DNA of 7,735 nucleotides from a virus (Duplodnaviria; Heunggongvirae; Uroviricota; Caudoviricetes): IMG/VR virus record IMGVR_UViG_2713896783_000029; one strand, 5' to 3'. Shown piece by piece: positions 1 to 5,655 of this stretch (position 1 is its first letter; each line of letters starts with the position of its first letter). The notes under the pieces were generated by a model. It saw only the letters and a program-made list of their open reading frames with translations, ran no database searches and was not told where the DNA came from. The position numbers and the translations under genes were made by a program.

Positions 1-38
1 AGGAGAGCGCGCTGGCGTGCTGGGGAATCGACAGATAA
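1..38 (+). CDS. 3' end of an endolysin gene (phage lysozyme R-type), partial; gene starts upstream of the window
   Basis: Frame 3 reads (Q)ESALACWGIDR then TAA at 36-38. From memory this matches the C-terminus of the lysozyme of P21/Stx-type lambdoid phages. Only 12 codons are visible, so this rests on recall plus the synteny (endolysin - ant - Rz). Confidence 0.45.
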   Translation, partial: ESALACWGIDR

Positions 39-147
39 GCAGAATATTTTGCTGAAAAATGACGTTGGCCAGCGCGGGCGGATAACACGAAATCCTGCGA
101 ACTGGCAAAATGTAAGTGAATAAAGTTAGGCAGATTATTTCACGCAG

Positions 148-178
148 AGGCACCGTAATGGTGCCTTTGTCATTTCTG
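148..178 (+). terminator. Candidate intrinsic terminator or RNA hairpin after the endolysin gene
   Basis: Perfect 7-bp inverted repeat AGGCACC (148-154) / GGTGCCT (160-166) with a 5-nt loop, followed by a T-rich stretch (ttgtcatttctg). Stem is short and the U-tract is interrupted. Confidence 0.3.
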
Positions 179-311
179 CGCTTCGCACAAGCGTAAATAA
201 ACCAAAGAACCTTTCAGGATGAGCCCTGGTGGATAACCGGCAGTGGTCTGGTTAACCCTCTTTGGGCTGGTTATTCCTGTGCGCAGGGTTCATCACTAAA
301 AGGAATCAACC

Positions 312-1007
312 ATGAAAGAGATGATTTCTGTCGATCATGAAATATCCATGAGTAGTCTGGATTTTCTGAATAACATTATTAATCCAGCCCGGGCAGAAGC
401 CGGAGAAGTCCCTCATGAACCGCGTAAGTTTCTTGCAAAAATTGAGGATGAGCTAGAGCTTGATGGAACCGGAAAAAAATTCCGGTTAAACAATAACCAG
501 ACAAGAACGGCATACTATGATCTGGATTTTGACCAGATGATGCTCGTTGGCATGAGGGAGTCAAAGGCCGTTCGTCGTTCTGTGCTGGCAAGACTCAAAG
601 CGATGCATGGTATTCAGATCCCCCGGACTTTACCTGAGGCGTTGCGATTTGCGGCAAAACTGGCTGAACAGAAAGCAGTGCTGGAAAATCAACTGGCAAT
701 AGCAGCGCCGAAGGCTGAATTTGTTGATAACTATGTTGAAGCATCTGGTCTGATGGGATTCCGGGAAGTTGCTAAGTTACTCGGTATCAAAGAAACCGAT
801 TTCCGGCTGTTTTTGTTGGAGAACGGAATAATGTATCGCCTCGCTGGAAAAATGACGCCTTACTCGCATCACCTGGATGCGGGGCGGTTTAGCGTGAAAA
901 CGGGCGAGGCGGGCAATGGTCATGCTTTTACGCAGGTTAAATTCACCCCAAAAGGTGTTCAGTGGATTGCTGGTCTGCTTGCTGCATGGAGAGCTACCGC
1001 AGCATGA
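312..1007 (+). CDS. Phage antirepressor-like protein, C-terminal KilA-C/ANT domain, N-terminal Rha/AntA-like region
   Basis: 231-aa ORF with SD aaaggaa 7-13 nt upstream of ATG 312. The C-terminal half (EFVDNYVEASGLMGFREVAKLLGIKETDFRLFLLENGIMYR...QVKFTPKGVQWIAGLL) matches the ANT/KilA-C signature as I recall it. Position between endolysin and Rz mirrors ant-like genes I recall in Stx-type lambdoid prophages. Confidence 0.8.
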   Translation: MKEMISVDHEISMSSLDFLNNIINPARAEAGEVPHEPRKFLAKIEDELELDGTGKKFRLNNNQTRTAYYDLDFDQMMLVGMRESKAVRRSVLARLKAMHGIQIPRTLPEALRFAAKLAEQKAVLENQLAIAAPKAEFVDNYVEASGLMGFREVAKLLGIKETDFRLFLLENGIMYRLAGKMTPYSHHLDAGRFSVKTGEAGNGHAFTQVKFTPKGVQWIAGLLAAWRATAA

Positions 1008-1099
1008 AGATGATAAAAACGGACTGGAAATTTTTGCTGGTCTGGCTGATTCCGTTTTTATGGGTGGTTGCCCGGTTAATTACTGCTATTAAGGGGTAA
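1004..1099 (+). CDS. Tiny hydrophobic ORF (31 aa, single predicted TM helix), below the ORF-track size cutoff
   Basis: ATG 1004 overlaps the ant stop (ATGA at 1004-1007). Translation MKMIKTDWKFLLVWLIPFLWVVARLITAIKG has a charged N-terminus, about 14 hydrophobic residues, then a basic tail. Its stop TAA 1097-1099 lies 2 nt before the next ATG. No homolog recalled. Confidence 0.4.
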   Translation: MKMIKTDWKFLLVWLIPFLWVVARLITAIKG

Positions 1100-1101
1100 A
1101 G

Positions 1102-1233
1102 ATGTCAGACAAACTCATAATGCTGGCGAAGGGCCTTTGTGTAATCGTCGGTATTTCATTTTCACTAATGCTGGTTGTTCTTTTTCTTTCCATAACCTGG
1201 ATGGCGTTGACTTCGGCAGGGCTGGTGGGGTGA
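1102..1233 (+). CDS. Small membrane protein (43 aa, one long hydrophobic segment)
   Basis: SD AAGGGG at 1091-1096, ATG 1102, stop TGA 1231-1233. Translation MSDKLIMLAKGLCVIVGISFSLMLVVLFLSITWMALTSAGLVG. Tightly coupled to the preceding tiny ORF and sits just upstream of Rz. Confidence 0.45.
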   Translation: MSDKLIMLAKGLCVIVGISFSLMLVVLFLSITWMALTSAGLVG

Positions 1234-1257
1234 GCATAAACCGAATGCTTTCCGCGT

Positions 1258-1307
1258 NNNNNNNNNNNNNNNNNNNNNNNNNNNNNNNNNNNNNNNNNNN
1301 NNNNNNN
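1258..1307. other. Run of 50 N (assembly gap or masked sequence); hides the start of Rz
   Basis: Seen directly. The same frame has a TAA at 1237-1239 just before the run, and Rz-like sequence resumes at 1308, so the Rz start codon must lie inside the run. Confidence 0.95.
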
Positions 1308-1606
1308 CGTTATTCTGCTGGTGGTCTGTGGTGCGCTTAGTCTGGGGCTGAATCATTACCGCGATAACGTCATCACCTACAAAGCGCAGCGCGATAAAAA
1401 AGCCAGAGAGCTGGAGCTGGCAAACGCAACCATTACTGATATGCAGGTGCGCCAGCGCGATGTTGCTGCGCTCGATGCAAAATACTCGAGGGAATTAGCC
1501 GATGCGAGAGCTGAAAATGANNNNNNNNNNNNNNNNNNNNNNNNNNNNNNNNNNNNNNNNNNNNNNNNNNGCACAGGACTATATCCGCACTCAGTGCCTG
1601 AACTAA
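1308..1606 (+). CDS. Rz: Rz i-spanin (inner-membrane spanin subunit), 5' end in the first N-run and interrupted by the second; stop at 1604-1606
   Basis: Visible translation ([70 protein letters not shown]) aligns closely with lambda Rz as I recall it (...[56 protein letters not shown]...). After the second N-run, [15 protein letters not shown] resembles the lambda Rz C-terminus (...KYINEQCR). The two halves are in different frames across the 50 N and the total would be too short, so the real gap is probably longer than 50 nt. Confidence 0.7.
1502..1520 (+). CDS. Rz1: Start of Rz1 o-spanin (lipoprotein) embedded in the +1 frame of Rz; runs into the second N-run, remainder not visible
   Basis: ATG 1502 in the +1 frame reads M-R-E-L-K-M, at the position and with the pattern of the lambda Rz1 start (MLKLKM...) which overlaps the ADAKAEN codons of Rz. 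The lipobox and proline-rich part would lie in the gap. Confidence 0.35.
1521..1570. other. Run of 50 N (assembly gap) inside Rz/Rz1
   Basis: Seen directly. Frame and length mismatch across it imply the true missing length differs from 50. Confidence 0.95.
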
Positions 1607-1881
1607 GTTTTGCTGATGCGCCGTATCGTCGCTGTATTCCCTCATTAACAGAGACCGCAGCCCGACAGGGAGACTCCTCTGCGCGAGTGTGCGGGGAGAA
1701 TCAAAAACGATACGCACCGGGGTTTACCGCGTTAACGGAGCGCGGCGTTGTCCCCTCATGGTCGCTGGTTCGGTGCGATGGTGGAAGAAACCGGACGATG
1801 TGTTACCTCGCAAGACCTGTTATGTCATGTGTCTGATTTGTGATTTAAGTCGGATAATTGTCGTTGCCATTAAGCAGAGGA

Positions 1882-1912
1882 TTGATGGCCGACAGGGTGG
1901 CATTGTTAGAAT
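1882..1912 (+). promoter_or_regulatory. Candidate sigma70 promoter for the lipoprotein gene (extended -10)
   Basis: TGtTAGAAT at 1904-1912 resembles an extended -10 (TGnTATAAT). A weak -35-like TTGATG sits at 1882-1887 with a long 19-nt spacer. It lies about 30 nt upstream of the lipoprotein start in a roughly 330-bp non-coding stretch after Rz. Sequence-only prediction. Confidence 0.25.
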
Positions 1913-1938
1913 AAGACTTATTCTTATCTGTGCCGGGA

Positions 1939-2271
1939 ATGAAAATGAAAAGAAATCTTCCGTTAATTATTTTGTTGTCTTCTCTGGTTATGGGCTGTAC
2001 GCAACATAAAACAGATATGCCCCGACAGTTGGTTAAGGCATTACCACAATATCCGGCCTATGCAGCGGCAAATTATATAAAGGGACGGGTTGATGTGAAG
2101 TTTGATATTGGTGCTGATGGTACTGTCACCCGAATTGAGTTTATCCGTTCAGAGCCGCACCATCTGTTTGATGAGCAGGTTGTAAAGGCGATGGCAAAAT
2201 GGCGATTTGAGAAGGACAGGCCGCGTAAAGGCGTGAAGAAAACGTTTATCTTTAGTCCTTCTGCACCCTGA
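1939..2271 (+). CDS. Lipoprotein consisting of a TonB C-terminal-like domain (moron)
   Basis: Signal peptide MKMKRNLPLIILLSSLVMG followed by Cys (lipobox-like LVMG-C). The mature part (LPQYPAYAAANYIKGRVDVKFDIGADGTVTRIEFIRSEPHHLFDEQVVKAMAKWRFEKDRP...FIF) aligns motif for motif with the E. coli TonB C-terminal domain as I recall it ([59 protein letters not shown]...ILF). Start could be ATG 1939 or 1945; the ORF track's GTG 1930 is less likely. Confidence 0.75.
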   Translation: MKMKRNLPLIILLSSLVMGCTQHKTDMPRQLVKALPQYPAYAAANYIKGRVDVKFDIGADGTVTRIEFIRSEPHHLFDEQVVKAMAKWRFEKDRPRKGVKKTFIFSPSAP

Positions 2272-2402
2272 TTATTTCATCAGAAATTAATTATCACTCT
2301 GTTGTTATTCTGTACATTCCGGCTGGGTAAGTCTTGTTCCGCCGGGTATGAAGATGAAATATTGTTGGAGGACAGTGGGTACCTGCTCCTGTAACCGAAC
2401 GT

Positions 2403-2675
2403 TCATTTCTCGTTATTTGTCATGCTGGCCGGACGCAGATGCGTTGCATCTGTTGCCAGCCTTCTCCTGCAGGCTTCAATAACCCACGCTGAAAAGTTAC
2501 CGGAACCTTTATGTTCAAGGGCGATATTNNNNNNNNNNNNNNNNNNNNNNNNNNNNNNNNNNNNNNNNNNNNNNNNNNCTTTATGTTCAAGGGCGATATT
2601 GATCTGTTCAATCATGTGATTGGGGAAACGGATATTGCGGGTTGTGGTTCTGCGGGTCCGGTTTTTCGATGACAT
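2403..2675 (-). CDS. ylcI: YlcI/YnfO-like small protein (DUF3950), predicted ribbon-helix-helix fold; length inflated by the third N-run
   Basis: Minus-strand translation MSSKNRTRRTTTRNIRFPNHMIEQINIALEHK[gap]GSGNFSAWVIEACRRRL... matches my recollection of the DLP12 prophage protein YlcI. SD (rc AAGGAAA) lies 7-8 nt upstream of the ATG at 2675; the longer ORF-track start at 2735 would overlap the HNH gene and lacks an SD. Collapsing the duplicated flanks of the N-run gives about 66 aa. Confidence 0.55.
   Translation of the reverse strand: MSSKNRTRRTTTRNIRFPNHMIEQINIALEHKXXXXXXXXXXXXXXXXXNIALEHKGSGNFSAWVIEACRRRLATDATHLRPASMTNNEK
2507..2600. repeat. Assembly artifact: 50-N spacer (2529-2578) flanked by an identical 22-nt sequence on each side
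   Basis: CTTTATGTTCAAGGGCGATATT occurs at 2507-2528 and again at 2579-2600, immediately either side of the N-run. This is the pattern of two contig ends overlapping by k-1 nt that were joined with a spacer rather than merged. The ORF stays in frame only because 22+50 = 72. Confidence 0.7.
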
Positions 2676-2716
2676 ATTTATTTCCTTTACTGATTGCCAT
2701 ATGACGGGGATTTTAC

Positions 2717-3082
2717 ATGGCTGAGCTTCGTACACTCCAGAGCAGAATCAAAACACTGAATACCCGACGGGTGAATATTCTGAAGGGTGAACAGCGTCGT
2801 GTCAGTGGCAGTGCACGTGTTTCCCTCAAGCGTCATATCTGGCTCAGGGATGCCGGGCAGTGCTGTCTCTGTGGTCGTGTGGTTGACCTCTGTGACAGTG
2901 AACTCGATCACCGAATTGCACTTCAGTTCGGTGGTGGTAATGAGGAGACGAATCTCTGGACGCTCTGTACCGAATGCCATCGACAAAAGTCTGCTCGTGA
3001 AGCGGCGGGTGGTATGCCGGACCCGACGCTGCCGGAGGTGTCCGGAGGTAGTGGCAGAGCGGACGACATCATCGGACTGTAA
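2717..3082 (+). CDS. HNH endonuclease (phage packaging-associated type)
   Basis: 121-aa ORF, SD GGGGA 6 nt upstream of ATG 2717. HNH and zinc-binding motifs: CCLCGR...ELDHRIALQFGGGNEETNLWTLCTECHRQK. Sits immediately upstream of a cos-like region and terS, as HNH proteins do in HK97-like phages. Confidence 0.85.
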   Translation: MAELRTLQSRIKTLNTRRVNILKGEQRRVSGSARVSLKRHIWLRDAGQCCLCGRVVDLCDSELDHRIALQFGGGNEETNLWTLCTECHRQKSAREAAGGMPDPTLPEVSGGSGRADDIIGL

Positions 3083-3172
3083 CCCGAGCGGGGGGGTATC
3101 ATCCGGCGTAAAAAACGATCGCTCCGGACACCGCGCCCCCTCTCACGCAGAGAAAAAATTCCCGTTTCAGGG

Positions 3173-3296
3173 CAGTTAACATGTTAACTGGCTGCCCGGG
3201 CATTTTTGCGGTTTTTATCTTTATTATTCAGTTTGTTGTGCGGAAAAAATGTTAACAGGCTTTTTCAGCAAATGTTAACCAGGCAGCAGTTAACAT
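3173..3296. promoter_or_regulatory. cos-like intergenic region with an array of GTTAAC-core repeats (candidate TerS binding sites) and a T-tract block
   Basis: Perfect 18-bp palindrome CAGTTAACATGTTAACTG at 3173-3190. Further ATGTTAAC / GTTAACAT units at 3249-3258, 3272-3281 and 3287-3296, the last two as an inverted pair. That is five GTTAAC hexamers in about 120 bp. Between them are a palindromic TGCCCGGGCA and phased T-tracts (3201-3240). Located between HNH and terS. Confidence 0.4.
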
Positions 3297-3370
3297 TTGC
3301 GGCATGAGACGCCGGGAAAAATGGGCTGAACCATACCCGGCTGAGTGCGTTCTGGACCCGGGAGGAGGCT

Positions 3371-3934
3371 GTGCTGACAACGCAAAAACGAAAATTTGCG
3401 CTGGCGCTCATGTCCGGGAAAAACAAAACAGCGTCAGCCCTTGCCGCCGGTTATTCGGCGAAGACAGCCAGGGTTAAAGGCTCGCAGCTGGCAAAAGATC
3501 CGGAGGTGCTTGCGTTTATAGCCCGTAAACAGTGCGAGACGGTGGAGGTGGATGAGGTTCCTGTTTATCGGCAGAAAAAATCAGAGCCGGAGGATAAACC
3601 CCGTCGCCGTGAGGCGGCTGCAATACCACAGCCGGACGAAACAAATCCGGAGATGCCACCGCCCGTGGTGATATCTCCTGGTATTGAGTATATGGAGGAC
3701 GGTCTTCCCGATCCGGTGAAAGCGATGGGGCGTCTTCTGGTGGAGAACATTAATACCGACCCCAGGCTGGCGCTGGATGCGGCTTATAAGCTGGCGCAGT
3801 TCACGCACCACAAAAAAGGGGATGCCGGTAAAAAATCGGCAAAAGGTGACGCGGCGAAAAAAGCGGCTAACCGTTTTGCGGTGCCACCACCACCCCGCCT
3901 GGTGGTGAATAATGATAATGAGGGCAACGGATGA
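3371..3934 (+). CDS. Terminase small subunit (Terminase_2 / P27-type TerS)
   Basis: GTG start at 3371 preceded by GGAGGAGG (3361-3368). N-terminus MLTTQKRKFALALMSGKNKTASALAAGYSAKTARVKGSQL fits the TerS HTH signature. Stop overlaps the terL start (ATGA at 3931-3934). C-terminal 45 aa are a Lys/Ala/Pro-rich low-complexity tail. Confidence 0.85.
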   Translation: MLTTQKRKFALALMSGKNKTASALAAGYSAKTARVKGSQLAKDPEVLAFIARKQCETVEVDEVPVYRQKKSEPEDKPRRREAAAIPQPDETNPEMPPPVVISPGIEYMEDGLPDPVKAMGRLLVENINTDPRLALDAAYKLAQFTHHKKGDAGKKSAKGDAAKKAANRFAVPPPPRLVVNNDNEGNG

Positions 3935-5592
3935 TACCTGTGTGGAGCACGGCCTGCCCGGACTGGGCAGAGCGCCTGAAAAAGGGGCTGTCGATTATTC
4001 CGGCTCCGATTTATCCGGAGCAGGCCGCACATGCCCTGGCGATTTTTAAACAACTGCGGATTGTGGATGCACCGGGCAGCCCGACGTTCGGGGAGTCCTG
4101 CGCACAGTGGGTGTTTGACCTGGTGGCGGCCCTGTTTGGCTCCTACGATGCGCAGACCGGTGTACGCCATATCAAGGAAGTTTTTATCCTTATCCCCAAG
4201 AAAAACAGCAAGTCCACGCTGGCTGCCGGGATCATGATGACGGCGCTGTTACTGAACTGGCGGCAGGCGGCGGGCTACACCATTCTGGCCCCGACCGTGG
4301 AGGTGGCGGCTAACGCCTTCAACCCTGCCAGGGATATGGTACGACGGGACGATGATCTGGATGACCTCTGTCAGGTGCAGACACATATCCGGACCATCAC
4401 CCACAGGGTGACGGACACCACCCTGAAGGTGGTGGCTGCCGATCCGAATACGGTATCCGGTATCAAGTCCGTGGGGACGCTGATTGATGAACTGTGGTTA
4501 TTTGGCAAGCAGTACAAAGCGGAGGACATGTTACGTGAAGCCATAGGCGGCCTTGCCTCCCGCCCGGAAGGGTTTGTGGTGTATACGACCACCCAGTCGA
4601 ATGAGCCGCCAGCCGGGGTGTTCAGACAGAAACTGCAGTACGCCCGGGATGTCCGTGACGGCAAAATTCATGATCCGCACTTTCTGCCGGTGATTTTTGA
4701 GCATCCTCCTGAAATGGTGGAAAGCGGGGCTCACCTGCTGATGGAAAACCTCGCCATGGTTAACCCGAATCTCGGTTATTCGGTGGATGAGGCTTTTCTG
4801 TACCGGGAGTACCGTAAAGCCCGGGAGGCTGGTGAGGAAGCATTTCGTGGCTTCATGTCAAAACATGCCAATGTGGAAATTGGTCTTGCCCTGCGTTCTG
4901 ACCGCTGGGCGGGTGCGGATTTCTGGGAGCAGCAGGGCAGGCGCGTCAGCCTGGACGATATCCTGCAGCGCGCTGATGTGGTGACGGTGGGGATTGACGG
5001 CGGGGGCCTGGATGATCTGCTGGGAATGTACGTGATTGGCCGTGACAGGGAAACCCGCGAATGGCTGGGCTGGGGCCATGCCTGGGCGCATGAAACCGCG
5101 GTGGTCCGACGGAAGAGCGAGGCGTCCCGGTTTCAGGATCTTGTTGCCTGTGGAGATATGACCATTGTCCGGCGTGTCGGGGATGACACGGCGGAAGTGG
5201 CGGAATATGTGCGTCGCATTCATGAGGCTGAGTTACTGGACCATATCGGTATTGACCCGTCAGGGGTGGGGCAGATTCTGGATTCACTGGCGGAAGCCGG
5301 GATCCCCGACGGAATTGTGGTGGGGATAAGCCAGGGCTGGAAACTGGGCGGGGCCATTAAAACCACCGAGCGCAAACTGGCTGAAGGGGTGCTGGTGCAT
5401 GGTGACCAGCCCCTGATGGCCTGGTGTGTCGGCAATGCCCGGGTGGAGCCTAAAGGTAACGCCATTCTTATCACCAAACAGGCCAGTGGACGGGGAAAAA
5501 TTGACCCGCTGATGGCGCTGTTCAATGCGGTCTCCCTGATGTCCCTTAACCCGGAACCGAAAAAGAAAGAATATGCGGTTTTTTTCATATAA
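3931..5592 (+). CDS. Terminase large subunit (Terminase_1-type ATPase plus nuclease)
   Basis: 553 aa. Deviant Walker A region VFILIPKKNSKSTLAAG (resembling the vpRKNGKS motif of this family), Walker B-like LIDELW, and a C-terminal nuclease-like VGIDGGGLDD. Translationally coupled to terS. Confidence 0.9.
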   Translation: MIPVWSTACPDWAERLKKGLSIIPAPIYPEQAAHALAIFKQLRIVDAPGSPTFGESCAQWVFDLVAALFGSYDAQTGVRHIKEVFILIPKKNSKSTLAAGIMMTALLLNWRQAAGYTILAPTVEVAANAFNPARDMVRRDDDLDDLCQVQTHIRTITHRVTDTTLKVVAADPNTVSGIKSVGTLIDELWLFGKQYKAEDMLREAIGGLASRPEGFVVYTTTQSNEPPAGVFRQKLQYARDVRDGKIHDPHFLPVIFEHPPEMVESGAHLLMENLAMVNPNLGYSVDEAFLYREYRKAREAGEEAFRGFMSKHANVEIGLALRSDRWAGADFWEQQGRRVSLDDILQRADVVTVGIDGGGLDDLLGMYVIGRDRETREWLGWGHAWAHETAVVRRKSEASRFQDLVACGDMTIVRRVGDDTAEVAEYVRRIHEAELLDHIGIDPSGVGQILDSLAEAGIPDGIVVGISQGWKLGGAIKTTERKLAEGVLVHGDQPLMAWCVGNARVEPKGNAILITKQASGRGKIDPLMALFNAVSLMSLNPEPKKKEYAVFFI

Positions 5593-5617
5593 CCCTGTTC
5601 ACACTGTAACCATCATG

Positions 5618-5647
5618 AACCGCTGCGGCGGTTTTTTTATTTTCAGG
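5618..5647 (+). terminator. Hairpin plus T-run between terL and the capsid gene (possible weak terminator or RNA processing/stability element)
   Basis: AACCGC (5618-5623) / GCGGTT (5628-5633) 6-bp stem with loop TGCG, followed by T-rich tttttttatttt, immediately before the SD AGGAGG (5645-5650) of the next gene. Confidence 0.35.
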
Positions 5648-5655
5648 AGGCTGAT

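Noticed and set aside
39-311. Search for a LexA box (CTGT-N8-ACAG) or tRNA gene in the endolysin-ant intergenic region
   Set aside because: No match to the LexA consensus and nothing with tRNA-like cloverleaf potential by eye; only weak CTGGTTA / GGTTAACC repeats of uncertain meaning.
379-591. 70-aa minus-strand ORF inside the antirepressor gene
   Set aside because: Antisense to a well-supported CDS with no start context.
1137-1717. ORF-track calls that span N-runs (1137-1340, 1165-1356, 1377-1574, 1433-1717) and the 171-aa extent of ORF 1321-1836
   Set aside because: Their continuity depends on translating N as X across gaps of unknown true length. The Rz-like frame actually ends at 1606, and the stretch to 1836 is a different frame with no similarity to anything.
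1689-2009. 106-aa plus-strand ORF in the Rz-lipoprotein intergenic region
   Set aside because: No SD, implausible composition, and it runs through the start of the lipoprotein gene in a different frame; more likely non-coding DNA carrying the moron promoter.
2348-2482. Cys-rich 44-aa plus-strand ORF (MKMKYCWRTVGTCSCNRTF...)
   Set aside because: No SD, overlaps the 3' end of the YlcI-like gene on the opposite strand, and the composition looks like chance.
2420-2619. ORFs 2420-2611 (-) and 2422-2619 (+) across the third N-run
   Set aside because: Both bridge the N-run and overlap the YlcI-like gene, which has the better start context and a recognisable sequence.
2676-2735. Longer 5' extension of the YlcI-like ORF starting at 2735
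   Set aside because: It would overlap the HNH gene start on the other strand and has no SD, whereas the internal ATG at 2675 has a strong SD and matches the remembered YlcI N-terminus.
2787-3179. 130-aa plus-strand ORF overlapping the HNH gene in another frame
   Set aside because: The HNH frame has clear catalytic and zinc-binding motifs and a proper SD; the alternative frame has neither.
3173-3296. Possibility that the GTTAAC repeat cluster is a CRISPR array
   Set aside because: Repeat units are only 8-10 bp, irregularly spaced and partly palindromic; they look like protein-binding sites, not repeat-spacer architecture.
3784-5588. Several minus-strand ORFs (3784-4170, 4371-4664, 4531-4734, 4858-5223, 4946-5287, 5220-5588) and plus-strand ORFs 4031-4237 and 4787-4984
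   Set aside because: All lie within or antisense to the terS/terL coding regions with Pro/Arg/His-rich translations typical of spurious frames in GC-rich genes.
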